From Stegostoma tigrinum (Eukaryota), in the NCBI RefSeq assembly GCF_030684315.1, contig NC_081362.1, positions 43,861,744 to 43,925,743 of the forward strand: a stretch of DNA of 64,000 bases. The letters are read 5' to 3'. The position numbers were made by a program, and so were the translations under genes. This document shows, one piece after another, positions 11,225 through 23,639 of this stretch (its first letter is position 1; every line of letters starts with the position of its first letter). Under the pieces are notes generated by a model, which was not told the origin of the DNA, made no database searches, and worked only from the letters and a program-made list of their open reading frames with translations.

Positions 11225-13900
11225 TAGACCATAGAACAGTATGACACGGTAGAGGCCCTTCCACCCATGATGTTGTGCCAAAGTTTTATCCTAAACCTAA
11301 GGTCTATCTAACCTCCACCCCTACCTTATACTATCATCCATATGCCTATCTAATAGTCGCTTAAATGCCTCTAATGAGGCCTACTCCACTCGCCTCTCCA
11401 GCAATGCATTCCATGCCCCTACCACTGTCTGAGTAAAGAACCTACCTCTGATGTCTCCCCTATTTCTACTTCCACTCAGTTTAAAACTATTCCCCCTTTT
11501 AACAGCCACCTCCACCCTAGGAAAAAGTCTCTGGCTGTCCACTCTATCTATACTTCTGATTATTTTGTACACCTCATGTCACCTCTCATCCTTTGTCATT
11601 CTAAAGAGAAATGCCCTAGCTCTCTTAATCCTTCCTCCTAAGACCTTCCCTCCATTCCAGGCAACATGCTGGTAAATCTCCTCTGCACATTTTCCAACAC
11701 CTTCACATCTTTCCTATAATAAGGCAACCATAACTGAAAACAACACAGCCGAGCCAAGCTTTTGTATAGCTGGAGCATAACTTCGCAGCTCTTGAACTCA
11801 ATCCCTCTATTAATGACAGCTAACACACCATACACCTTCTTAACAACTCTACCCACCTGGGTGGTAGCTTTCAGGAAACTGTGAACATGAATCCCAAGAT
11901 CCCTCTGGTCGTCCACACTGCCAAGAATCTTTCTGTTAATCTTGTATTCTGCTTTCAAATTTGTCCTTCCAAAATGAATCACCTCACACTTTTCAGGGTT
12001 AAACTCCATCTGCCACTTCTCAGCCCGGCTCTGCATCCTACCAGTGTCCTTTTGTAACCTAGAACAGCCCTCCGCACTATCCACAACTCGACTCACCTGA
12101 GTGTTGTCTGTGAACTGACTAATAGATTCTTCCACTCCTTCATCCAAATCATTTACAAAAATCACAAATAGAAGAGAACCCAGAACAGATCCTTGAGGTA
12201 CACCACTCATAACTGAGCACCATGTTGAATATTTTCTGTCCACTACCACCCTTTGCCTTCTTAGGGACATTCAATTCTGAATCCTATCTGCTACATTTCC
12301 CCCTATCCCATGCCTCCTTACATTCTGCATGAGCCTACCATGGGGAACCTTTTCAACCACCTTACGTAAATCCATGTATACCACATCCACTGTTCTACCT
12401 TCTTCCACGTGTTTGTTCACGTCTTCAAAGAATTCAATAAGGTTTGTGAGGCATGATCTACCCCTCACAAATCCATACTGACTATCGCAAATCAAACTGT
12501 TCCTGTCCAAGTGGTCTTAAATCCTATTTCTTAGAGCCCTTTCCAATAATTTGCCCACCTCTGAAGTAAGACTAACTGGCTTGTAATTTCCAGGGTTATC
12601 CCTATTCCCTTTTTTGACCAAAGGAATAACATTTGCCTCTCTCCAATCTTCTGGCACTATACCTGTGGACAGTAAGGATGAAAAGATCATCGCCAAAGGC
12701 CCTGCGCTCTCTTCCCTCACTTCCCATAGAATCCTTGGATAAATCCCATCAGGCCTAGGGGACTTATCTATCTTCAAGTTCCTCAAAATTCTGACATCTT
12801 CCTTACTAACATCGAGCTCCTCCAGCCTACCAGACTGTTTCATACTGTCCTCCACTACAACTAGATCCCTCTCAGTTGTGAATACCAAAGAAAAGTATTC
12901 ATTAAGGACCTCTCCTATCTCTTTAAGCTCCATGCACAAATTCCCTTTACAATCCTTGATCGGCCCTACCCTTTCTCTGGTCATTCTCTTGTTCCTCACG
13001 CATGTGTAGAAAGCCTTGGAGTTTTCCTTGATCCTATCTGCCAAGGTATTCTCATGCCTCCTTACCGGTCTCCTAAACCCTTTATTCAGCTCCTTTCTGG
13101 CTAAGTTGTATCCCTCTAGAGCCTTTTCTGATCCTAAACCTTATGTAAGCATCCTTCTTCCTCTTAACCGGTCATTCGACCTCTCTTGAGAACCAAGGCT
13201 CCCTCACTCGATTACATCTTCCCTGCCTGCTAGGGACAAACATACGGAGCACACACAGTATGCATTCCTTAAACCATCTCCACATTTCTATAGTGCTCTT
13301 CCCTGACGGCATCTGTTCCCATTTTATGTTACCCAGTTCTTGCCTAATGGAATTGTAATTACCCTTCCCCTAATTAGAAATCTTACCCTGCTATATGTAG
13401 CTATCATTTTCCATGACTATTGTAAAAGTAACAGAGTTATGATCGCTACTGCCAAAATGCTGTCCTACCAGCAGGTCTAACACTTGGCCTGGTTCTTTGC
13501 CAAGCACCAAATTCAAAGTGGCCTCTCCTCATGTTGGTCTATCTACATACTATGTCAGGAATCCTTCCTGAACGCACTGGGCAAAATCTGCTCCATCTAA
13601 ACTATTACAACTAAAAAGTTTCCAATCAATATTTGGAAAGTTGAAGTCACCCATGACTACAACTCTGTGACTTCTGCACCTTTCCAGTATCTGCCTCCTA
13701 ATCTGCTCCTCCACTTCTCCGCAACTATTAGGGGGTTTGTAAAAAATCCGCACAAAGTGTCTCCTCCTTTTTTGTTCTTGACCTCAACCTAAACTGACTC
13801 TGTAGACATATCATTCTCAAACTGCCTTTCAGTAGTTGCTAGACTAGCCCTGACTAGCAATGTCACTCCCCCACCTCTTTTACCACCCTCCCTATAACCT
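11225..13900 (-). mobile_element. CR1-type LINE, ORF2 (part of endonuclease + RT), disrupted
   Basis: Successive minus-strand ORFs: YKPPNS..VVMGDFNFPNIDW (APE), KSPRPDGIYPRIL..PEDWREANVIPL..GNYKPVSLTS, QYGFVRGRSCLTNL, SGVPQGSVLG, FFTQTVVGAWNAL. Confidence 0.93.
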
Positions 13901-14956
13901 ACACCATTTGCTCCCAAACCCACCTTCCCCTATCTAAGACTAGCCACTGGGCTAGAAGGTCTCAATGACCATAGGCTTGCCCCTGGAGCGGAACATGATG
14001 TCAACTGACTCTTGTCCGTCATCTCTTGCTGTAGCAGGGTCTACGCGGAGGGCCACGAGTGTTGGTAACCATCAGTCTGGTGGTGTCTGCTGACACAGTT
14101 AGGTGCGTTGGACCTGACCAGTGAGTACCTTTGGTTTCTTAGTGGTCCTAGAGAGCAAGCCTTTGTCTTGCATGGTGGGGGAAGTTGCTGGTGTTGCCCC
14201 AATTGGTGTCTTATAGCTCCGGATGCTTTCAGTCATCTTAATATGTGGAGTAGTGGTACGTGGTTGGTTGATGGTGTTCAGTGGTTGTGAGGCCTGCTCT
14301 CGACGTGGAGGTTTTGCAGAGTCTTTGACTCAGAAGTGTTTGTGGGAACTTTTCTCTGGGTCAGTAAGTCCAACCGATCCCTTTACCCTTCCTCGCCGCT
14401 TTGGCTTAAGGGCTCCTTCACAAGTGGGGCCTGCTTCTTGTTCAGACTCTCGAATTCTCCTCACGGACCCCACCTCAGAGCACACGCCTGGTTTGAACCA
14501 GAGCACGTTGCTGGTAATGCAGTGCACAATGCTGGGATGGGGACCCCCAGTTATACCCAGCTGCACGTCCCCCTTATCTCCTGCCAAATCTGGGTTCAGC
14601 TGTCCAACCATTGTTCCTCCTCCTCTCAGGGCTGAATGAGCTTCCTGATCACTGGAGTAGGTGTGAATGGCTTTTCAATTAAGGAGAAAGGTTTCAATGG
14701 TTTGGAATGTCCAGTATTTTCCTTGGATGGGTATTCATTAAATTTTGAATAATACTGAGAATGCTCTTACATCCAGGTTTATTAGAAGAAATTCTATCAG
14801 GAGTTTAGAGTTTAACCAGTAGTGTTTTACATCAACAGTTCATTATTGTCTACCTGTAGCTAGACTCTCTTTACTGGAAATAGATAAAGATTCTTGATCA
14901 GTACAGAAACCTGGTCTGTATTTTCTATCAACCTGGGCCTAAAAGACTGATAAACT

Positions 14957-15120
14957 GGGGACAAAACCAGAAATTGCTGACAAAACTGAGCAGGTATAGC
15001 AGCATCTATGAAGGGAAAATAGAATTAATGTTTTGAGACCAATAATTCTTCATCAGAAGTCTTTGTCAGAATTTCTGTTTTTGTTTCAGATCTCCACAGT
15101 TCTTTGTTTTCAAAAAAATT
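14957..15120 (-). mobile_element. Degenerate family-B hammerhead fold-back element
   Basis: Inverted tail (acaaaaccagaaattgctg...gcagcatct), antisense CTGATGAAG at ~15048-15056, then a sense tail remnant. Confidence 0.6.
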
Positions 15121-15149
15121 GGGTTTCCTTGTGTACTTTTATAAAGTCT

Positions 15150-16740
15150 TTAAATTTTGTGATTACTCAGGGCATAATGGGGATTGGTTTGCAGCATGCT
15201 ACAACAATGAGATGTAACTACATCAGCTGGACAGCCATCTTGAACTGCTGCCATCCTTGGAGTGTAGGGAAATCTACAAGGACATTGTGGGTGAGGAGGG
15301 CGCTGGGTGTCCAAAATTTTGAACTAGCAACAGTGAATATAGTTTCAAGTCAAACTCAGAATGGTTTGTGGCTTGGCAAGAATCTTGCTGGGGCTGCCCT
15401 TCTCCTTTGAGGTGGTACAGGCTGTGTTTGGAAGGTGTTGGGTGAGTTGCTGTGCATCCTGTGGATAATACCCACTGCTGCTCCCACACATTGATTTAGA
15501 AAGGAGTGAATGTTGAAGATGGTGGTTGAGCTGCCAATCAGGTGGCTGCTTTGTCCTTGATTATGTGAAAGTTCTTCAGCATTGTTCGGACTGCGCCCAT
15601 CCAGTTAAGTGAAATGAGATGGAGTTTGTAACTTTTGATCTGTTCTTGTAGTCACAGAATTTAAATAGTTGGTCCGGTTCAGTTTCTAGTTAATGGAAAC
15701 TTCAAGATGTTGATAGTAAAGGTCTTAGTGATGGAAATGGCACTAAATGTCAAGGTGCAATGATTAGCTTCTCGTTAGTTGGAAATGGTCACTACATGAC
15801 ACTTGTGTGGACTGAATGATACCTGCCATTAGTCTGCCCAAGCCTGAATGTTATCCAAATCTTGATGCATATGGGCTGCTTCAGTACCTGAAGGTTGGCT
15901 TTAGCAATGGTGGAGGAAAAGAAAGGACAAGTTGCCAAGAAGGGCGCTAAGAAAGTGATGAAGAGGGCGCCGCGAAAGGCAGCAAGAAGAGGAGAAGGTC
16001 CAGGAAAGAAAGTTACTCCATCCACATCTACAAAGTGATGAAGCAGGTTCACCCCGACACTGGCATCTCCTCCAAGGCCATGAGCATCATGGACTCGTTC
16101 GTCAAAGATATCTTCGAGTGTATCACACGGCAGGCTTCCCACCTGGCCCATTACAACAAGCGCAGCACCATCAGCTCCCAGGAGATCCAGACCACCGTGC
16201 GGCTGCTGTTGCCCGGGAAACTGGCCAAGCACACCGTGTCGGAGGCACAAAGGCGGTGACCAAGTACACCAGATCCAAGTGAGACACCACATTTTACTAA
16301 ACAAAACACCTGTGGAATCATAGATGGTGCTGAACATTGTGTAACCATTGACAAACATCACTATTTCTGATCTTACAATTGAAGGAAGATCAATGATGAA
16401 GTAGTTATGGATGGTTGAAGCTAGGACTCTACCCAGAGCAAAGTCCTGTGGCTGAGATAATAGGCATCCGACAACGATAACCATCTTTGTTTGTACTAGA
16501 AATGATTCTAACCAGCAGAGAGATTTCCTCTGATGTCTACTGAATCTGATTTTGCTAGGACTGTTTGATACCACATTTGGTCAAATGCTGCCTTGACGTT
16601 AAGGGCAGTCACTTTCACCTCACCTCTGGATATCAGCTCTTTTACTCACGTTTGGCCCAGGGCTGTAATGAGGTCAGAAGCTGAGCAGGTATCAATACAC
16701 AGGTTATTGATAAACAAGTGCCACTTTGTAGTACCATAAT
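15150..16740 (-). mobile_element. Degenerate non-LTR retrotransposon RT region, interrupted by the H2B copy
   Basis: Antisense translation WLESFLVQTKMVIVV..PQ....GRVLASTI..FIIDLPSIVRSEIVMFVN matches the RT W..S.L/PQGSVLGP/MFADD region. Confidence 0.7.
15907..16282 (+). pseudogene. H2B: Histone H2B pseudogene (two frameshifts)
   Basis: [17 protein letters not shown]... / [39 protein letters not shown]...[27 protein letters not shown] / [11 protein letters not shown]. Apparent single-base losses near 15978 and 16244. Confidence 0.95.
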
Positions 16741-16745
16741 CAACA

Positions 16746-17490
16746 CCTGGATGTGAGTTTGCTCGCTGAGCTGAAAGGTTAGTTTTCAGACGTTTCGTCA
16801 CCATTCTAGGTAACTTCATCAGTGAGCCTCCGACAAAGCGCTGGTGTTATGTCCCGCTTTCTATTTATCTGGTTAGGTTTCCTTGGATGGGTGATGTCAT
16901 CTCCTGCGTTGGTAATGTCATTTCCTGTTCTTTTTCTCAGGGGATGGTAGATTGGCTCCAAATCAATGTGTTTGTTGATGGTGTTCCGGTTGGAATGCTA
17001 TGCTTCTAGGAATTCTCGTGCGTGTCTCTGTTTGGCTTGTCCTAGGATGGATGTGTTGTCCCAATCAAAGTGGTGCCCTTCCTCATCTGTATGTAAGGAT
17101 CCGAGTGATAGTGGGTCATGTCGTTTTGTGGCTAGTTGATGTTCATGTATCCTGGTGGCTAGCTTTCTGCCAGTTTGTCCAATGTAGTGTTTGTCACAGT
17201 TCTTGCAAGGTATTTTGTAGATGACGTTCGTTTTGTTTGTTGTCTGTATAGGGTCTTTTAAGTTCATTAGCTGCTGTTTTAGTGTGTTGGTGGGTTTGTG
17301 GGCTACCCTGATGCCAAGAGGTCTGAGTAGTCTGGCAGTCATTTCGGAAATGTCTTTGATGTAGGGGAGAGTGGTTATGGTTTCTGAGCCCATTTTGTCT
17401 CTTTGTTTGGGTTTATTGCTGAGGAATCGGCGGACTGTGTTCATAGGGTAACCATTCTTTTTGAATACACTGTATAGGTGATTAGGAAGG
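16746..17490 (-). mobile_element. Penelope-like element (Penelope/Poseidon-type) 3' part: GIY-YIG endonuclease plus terminal hammerhead
   Basis: ORF 16998-17498: NGYP, LPYIKDISE, NVIYKIPCKNCDKHYIGQTGRKLATRIHEH, REFLEA. Confidence 0.9.
16789..16822 (-). ncRNA. Minimal hammerhead ribozyme motif of the second PLE family
   Basis: Antisense CTGATGA-A-GTTACC-TAGAAT-GGTGAC-GAAAC-GTC; stem II GTTACC/GGTGAC; stem I TCA/TGA. Confidence 0.8.
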
Positions 17491-18585
17491 CAGGCCACAA
17501 GTCCTCCTGCCCTGGAATTAATCAGGGCAGAGGCAGGAGAAAGAGACAGAGTTCCAACTTCACAGTTTCATGTGTAATTAAATGTCTTCCAAGTCACTTC
17601 AGCAGAAAGTTCACTGAATATTGACTACCTCATCAGCTGCCCAGCCAACAGTGTGGTGAAACATTGGTTGGATGCTACAATTTGCTGCAATAACAGCCAC
17701 AACAAAACTTGAGAGATGCCATTCTCTTCAGTTGTAGAAGTTATCACTGTTAAACCTGATCCTGTACTTTCTAAACTACCAAATATTATTCTCTCCATGA
17801 ACATTTCAGGCCATGCGTCAACCTTTTCATAATAACAGGAACTGCATTCACTGGATTTGGAGTTTTTTGGCATCAACTGACAAGATCAGTTAGAAGGTGG
17901 AACTGAAGGTTGTCAGAACTAATCAACTGTATGTTGCTTCCACTGTATATTTAGCTGCATGCATAATTAAGGCAAAAGTCTTTTATGATTAGCTAATGGT
18001 TAAAGGAGTTCTTATAATTGTTTATTTTGAAATAAATTTTATGCAACGTATGAATAGCCATAATCAAACTTTTCAATGTTTTATTATTGCAAGATCCTTC
18101 TGAAATAAACACTGCTGGTACTTCCAGTGAAGGTTTATTTTTATTAACTACATTTTCTTGACATAAGTGAAGTGAACCAAATTGTAAATTTAAAAAAGTA
18201 ATCTATCATTTGTTTCATTTTGCTTCACTTCCAAAATTGGTAGTATTTGTGGCAGAACATGAGGTGGATTGAAATGGAAATAATTCTCTTTTAATTTTTC
18301 AAAACAAAAATCCTGAAGTGGGCGTTTCAAATTGACTATGACATATAATGTGGACTATTAGCCTGTTGGCAAATTGTAAACTCCCATTATGTTCTGCAAT
18401 ATGTAAATTGTTTTGAGTTGTTTCTGTACATGTGGTGGATGTTGTGTTGTTACTAAGCACTCATTAAACATACAGAAAAACTGGGTGGGAAGCAACTGAT
18501 AACTCTATTTATGTAATCTTATTCCTAGCAATCTACAACCAATCCCAAAGATCTGACTTCTCAGTTTTTTTTAATCATTACTTAC

Positions 18586-18783
18586 ATCAAAAATATGTCC
18601 AGGATAACAAAGTGTGAAGCTGGATGAACACAGCAGGCCAAGCAGCATCTCAGGAGCACAAAAGAACACAATTTTGTGCTCCTGAGATGCTGCTTGGCCT
18701 GCTGTGTTCATCCAGCCTCACACTTTGTTATCTTGGATTCTCCAGCATCTGCAGTTCGCATTATCTCTGATCAAAAATGTGTC
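18586..18783. mobile_element. Fold-back family-A element lacking the hammerhead core, with TSD
   Basis: Arms ...CAGGAGCACAAAA / TTTTGTGCTCCTG... TSD ATCAAAAAT[A/G]TGTC at 18586-18599 and 18770-18783. Confidence 0.85.
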
Positions 18784-18915
18784 AATTTCTTTTAAAATTA
18801 ACTCTGGTCTCAATCATTATCTGTGTTCTTTAAGCCCATTGCAAAAACAAATTTCTTCTATCTGCCCTCTTGAGTTCTTAGGCACTATTTCAAGTCAATA
18901 TATCAAATTAATATA

Positions 18916-20801
18916 TTGAGGTATGAAGGAAAACTGGCCAAAAATATAAAGGAGGATAGTAAAAGCTTTTTTAGGTATGTGAAAAGAAAAGAAATGGTTA
19001 AGACTGAAATTGGGCTCTTGAAGATAGAAATGGGTGAATTTATTATGGGGAACAAGGAAATGGCAGAAGAGTTGAATAGGTTCTTTGGATCTGTCTTCAC
19101 TAGGGAAGACACAAACAATCTCCCAGATATAATAGTGGCTGAAGGACAGAGGGTAATGGATGATCTGAAGGAAATTTATATTAGGCAGGAAATGGTGTTG
19201 GATAGATTGTTAGGTCTGAAGGCTGATAAGTCCCTGGGACCTGATGGTCTGCATCCCAGGGTACTTAAGGAGGTGGCTCTAGAAATCGTGGATGCATTGG
19301 TAATCATTTTCCAATGTTCTATAGATTCAGGACCAGTTCCTGCGGATTGGAGGGTGGCTAATGTTGTCCCGCTTTTCAAGAAAGGAGGGAGAGAGAAAAC
19401 AGGGAATTTTAGACCAGTTAGCCTGACGTCAGTGGTGGGAAAGATGCTGGAGTCAACTATAAAAGATGAAATTACGAATCATTTGGATAGCAGTAACAGG
19501 ATAGGTCAGAGTCAGCATGGATTTACGAAGGGGAAATCATTCTTGACTAATCTTCTGGAATTTTTTGAGGATGTATCTATGAAGTTGGACAAGGGAGAAC
19601 CAGTGGATGTAGTGTACCTGGACTTTCAGAAAGCCGTTGATAAAGTCCCACACGGGATATTGGTGAGCAAAATTAGGGCACATGGTATTGAGGGCAAAAT
19701 ACTGAGTTGGATTGAAAATTGGCTTGCTGACAGGAGCAAAGAGTAGTCATAAACGGGTCCCTTTCGGAATGGCAGGCAGTGACCAGTAGGGTACCACAAG
19801 GTTCGGTGCTGGGACCGCAGCTCTTTGAGATATATATTAATGATACAGACGAAAGCATTAAAAGTAATATTAGCAAATTTGCTGATGACACAAAGTTGGG
19901 TGGCAGGGTGAAATGTGAGGAGGATGTTATGAGAATACAGGGTGACTTGGACAGGCTAGGTGAGTGGATGGAAGCATGGCAGATGCAGTTTAATGTGGAT
20001 AAATGTGCGGTTATCCACTTTGGTGGCAAGAACAGGAAGGCAGATTACTATCTAAATGGAGTCAAGTTAGGTAAAGGGGAAGTTCAACGAGATCTAGGTG
20101 ATCTTGTACATCAGTCAATGAAAGCAAGCATGCAGGTACAGCAAGCAGTGAAGAAAGCAAATGGCATGCTGGCCTTCATAACAAGAGGAATTGAGTGTAG
20201 GAGCAAAGAGATCCTTCTGCAGCTGTACAGGGCCCTTGTGAGACCGCACTTGGAGTATTGTGTGCAGTTTTAGTCTCCAAATTTGAGGAAGGACATTCTT
20301 GCTATTGAGGGAGTGCAGCATAGATTCACGAGGTCAATTCCCGGAATGGCAGGACTATCATATGTTGAAAGATTGGAGCAACTGGGCTTGTATACACTTG
20401 AGTTTAGAAAGATGAGAGGGGATCTGATTTTGAGATGTATAAGATTTTTAAGGGATTGGACACTCTGGAGGCAGGAAGCACGTTTCCACTGAAGGGTGAG
20501 TCCAGAACCAGAGGACACAGTTTAAAAATAAGGGGTAGGCCATTTAGAACAGAGTTGAGGAAAAACTTCTTCACCCAGAGAGTGGTGGATATATGGAATG
20601 CTCTGCCCCAGAAGGCAGTGGAGGCCAAGTCTCTGGATACTTTCAAGAAAGAGATGGATAGAGCTCTTAAGGATAGTGGAATCAAGGGTTATGGGGATAA
20701 GGCAGGAACAGGATACTGATTGTAGATGATCAGCCATGATCATAATGCATGGTGGTGCTGGTTCCAAGGGCCGAATGGCCTACTTCAGCACCTATTGTCT
20801 A
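18916..20801 (+). mobile_element. CR1-type LINE, 5'-truncated ORF2 (RT) with few disruptions
   Basis: ORFs 18916-19746, 19779-20273, 20283-20492 and 20435-20719: GPDGLHPRVLKE, QHGFTKGKS.LTNL, VYLDFQKA, PQGSVLGP, SKFADDTKL, LVRPHLEYC, FFTQRVV. Confidence 0.95.
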
Positions 20802-21968
20802 TTACCCCCTGTCACTGTCTACATGATCAGCAGAAATACTATTTCTCTATACATTCTATCTTATCACTTCAGAATTTATTTCATTAATAATCCACTAATT
20901 CTTCTGTCAGGCTTTTACATTCCAGCTGGGTTAGTAGCAGTATCTCAAGTTCCTTGTGAGTAAAATCAGCAATGTCTAACATCACCAATATTTAGACAAA
21001 GAACAGATGATGACTGGTATGGATTAGGTGCTCAGACATGTACAAAATCATTGGCAAAAAAGGTAAGAATTTGAGGGACCAGAAAGTGGAAGTGTTTTTT
21101 GTCACAGTACAAAGTTGGCGTATGGAGGTTGTTGTAGGCAGAGAAATGTACATGGCAAAATTGATAATGTCAAGGGACTTGTAGTGGTAGAAAATGGGCG
21201 ATTTGATATGGAAGGTCAAATTGAGTGAGGACACAATATCTGTGAGATCAATTTGCAAGTCAACAGAAAATTTGAAGGATGTTGTAGAATCGTTGAGCCA
21301 CTGGAGACCTATGCTGATGGTCAAACATTGCAGCCCATTGGATCCAACTCTAGGAGACTCAATATTCATGGAAGCTGATGTCAAAATTTAAACAAAAGGA
21401 AGTCAGCATCTGTTCTATGAGGACTTAACCTTGGGGTCACAGCACAAGATGCTATCAGTGGAAGGATGGCAGTATACTGGTTGGGGCACAAGGCAACAGA
21501 GCTGAGAAATGGGTGGTGGTTCATGACAGACTTCAAGGAGATGATGTGGAGTACGAAGATGATGTGAATTACATGTGCAACATGATTGACTTCACTATGG
21601 GAACACAAATGGTAAGCTTTGTCATGAATTCTTGCCCAAAGGCCTTTAATGCTCAAAACAGAACAGGACCAAATGATAGTCAAGTATATCTAGGCCTAAT
21701 GGTGGGGGAAAAGGGAAAAGAATCCTAGGCCTGTTGATAATTGAAGAGAGTGAATCTGAAAATTGATTAAATGAGTCCAGAGCCTAGTTGTGTATGTCTG
21801 GGCTGTAATTCAAGAAGGTTTACATTTTATGACTTGCTGCCAAAGTCAATGTCTGGTAGGCAATTGAAGATTAGTGCCCAAGGTCTCTGTAATATGATCT
21901 GTGGCTTAGCTGTCTGTAGCCTGGAATCTGGAGCCAAACTGGCTGGCTAGAAGGGTCTACAACCTAGC

Positions 21969-22206
21969 CTATGAATTTAGCAAAACGTGGAGCTGGATGA
22001 ACACAACAGGCCAAGCAGCATCTTAGGAGCACAAAAGCTGACGTTTCGGACCTAGTCCCTCTTTCTGATGAAGGGTCTAGGCCCGAAACATCAGCTTTTG
22101 TGCTCCTAAGATGCTGCTTGGCCTGTTGTGTTCATCCAGCCCCACACTTTGTTATCTCGGATTCTTCAGCATCTGCAGTTCTCATTATCTCTATGAATTT
22201 AGCAAA
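21969..22206. mobile_element. Fold-back family-A hammerhead element with perfect 16-bp TSD
   Basis: CTATGAATTTAGCAAA at 21969-21984 and 22191-22206. Sense core CTGATGAAGGGTCTAGGCCCGAAACATC at 22065-22092; partial antisense core at 22040-22060. Confidence 0.9.
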
Positions 22207-22412
22207 TGGGGCGAGCTAATTGAAAGTGCTTGCTTGATGTCTGGTTCTGGTTATCTGAATCTTGGAATCTGCCTGTGCAGATTTGGAAGGGCAATCCTAT
22301 TCAGGCAGCAGTAAGACACTGTCTACAATGTTAGGGCAGTGCATAGAAACCTGGAGCTAGGATGAACTCCAATTTACTCTGAAATGGGTGATTTCAGACA
22401 GAGGGCAAGGAC

Positions 22413-22605
22413 AAGAATTACTTACAAAAACAGAAAATCTCAGCTTAACAGTTTTGAAGAAAGGTCACTGGACCCAAAATGCTAACTCTGCTTTCTCTCC
22501 ATAGATGCTGACAGACCTGCTGAGTTCTTTCAGCAATTTCTGTTTTTGTGTTCTTGATTTCCAGCATTTGCAGCCTTTTGTGTTCATTTTTAAAAGAATT
22601 ACTTA
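22413..22605 (+). mobile_element. Family-B hammerhead element (degenerate core) with 12-bp TSD
   Basis: AAGAATTACTTA at 22413-22424 and 22594-22605. TTGAAGAAAGGTCACTGGACCCAAAATG plus AGATGCTG tail. Confidence 0.75.
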
Positions 22606-23639
22606 GATTGTTGAACACAGAAACAGGACTTTCAGGACAGCCAGTGTTTATCCTATCCTTAAAACATCTCCCCTGTGTTTTTATCCAACTCCGCCAATAT
22701 ACCTTTTACTTCCTTTTCCCTCATATGTTTACCTACCTTACCCTAATATATATAAACTATTTGTGGTCATAAGTTCCACAATCTCTACACCTTCTGGGTA
22801 ATTAAGTTGTATGTAAATTCTCTGTTTGATTTCTTGGTTCTATCTAGTTTAGTGCTCTATCACTGAAAATAAATTGCTTTGAATATTGTCTTTCCTATTG
22901 AAAATAAACCTTCTCAAAACACTCATTAGGAAAAAAAAAGGCCAGAGAAAAATACCAGGAAGGTGGCCAAAAGAGTTCAGAAGTGCAATCTAAAGAGCCT
23001 CTGAAATGGAGGAAGGTAGGTAGAAAGGGAGAAAGATGTAGTTATGAAATTTAAGAGCTTAAGGCTAATGCAATACAAGGCACTGCAACTATTGATGACA
23101 GTGAAGGCATTTAAGATGTACAAAAGACCAGATTTTGAGGAATTCTTAGTGGGTTGTAGGGCTCAAGAAGGTTTCAGTGATAGGGAAGAATCTGGTTCTG
23201 TTATATTTGAAGAAGAGGTTAAGAATTGAAATGTTCATTCAACTCAATGTGTAGCTCTATAACAATTTTTCTTAAAATAATCAAAACTAATCTAATTGCT
23301 CCACAGTATTGCTAAATCCCTATATTATTGTCCATGTCAAATATTTATGCTAATTTCTCATTAAAGGATACCTGTAATAAAACATAACATATCCCAATAA
23401 CCCTTTGCAGGGAGTAAGGCATTATAGCCAGAAAACTCATAAAAAAGAGTTAAATGCTCGACCAAAACGCCTAGAAAACATCAAAAATCAAAAGCAAAAT
23501 GGTATGGATGTATTTCAGGAATTCTACTTTGGTGGTTGACATTTCAGGTACCATTTTTGACCGTGTTGTGTTAGATTCTTAATAAAAGGAAATGAGTTCT
23601 GTATAGCTCCTGAAATACCTAACCTATTTATACTTTCAT

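Noticed and set aside
15792-16574. 260-aa minus-strand ORF
   Set aside because: A chimera of decayed LINE RT sequence and the antisense of the H2B pseudogene.
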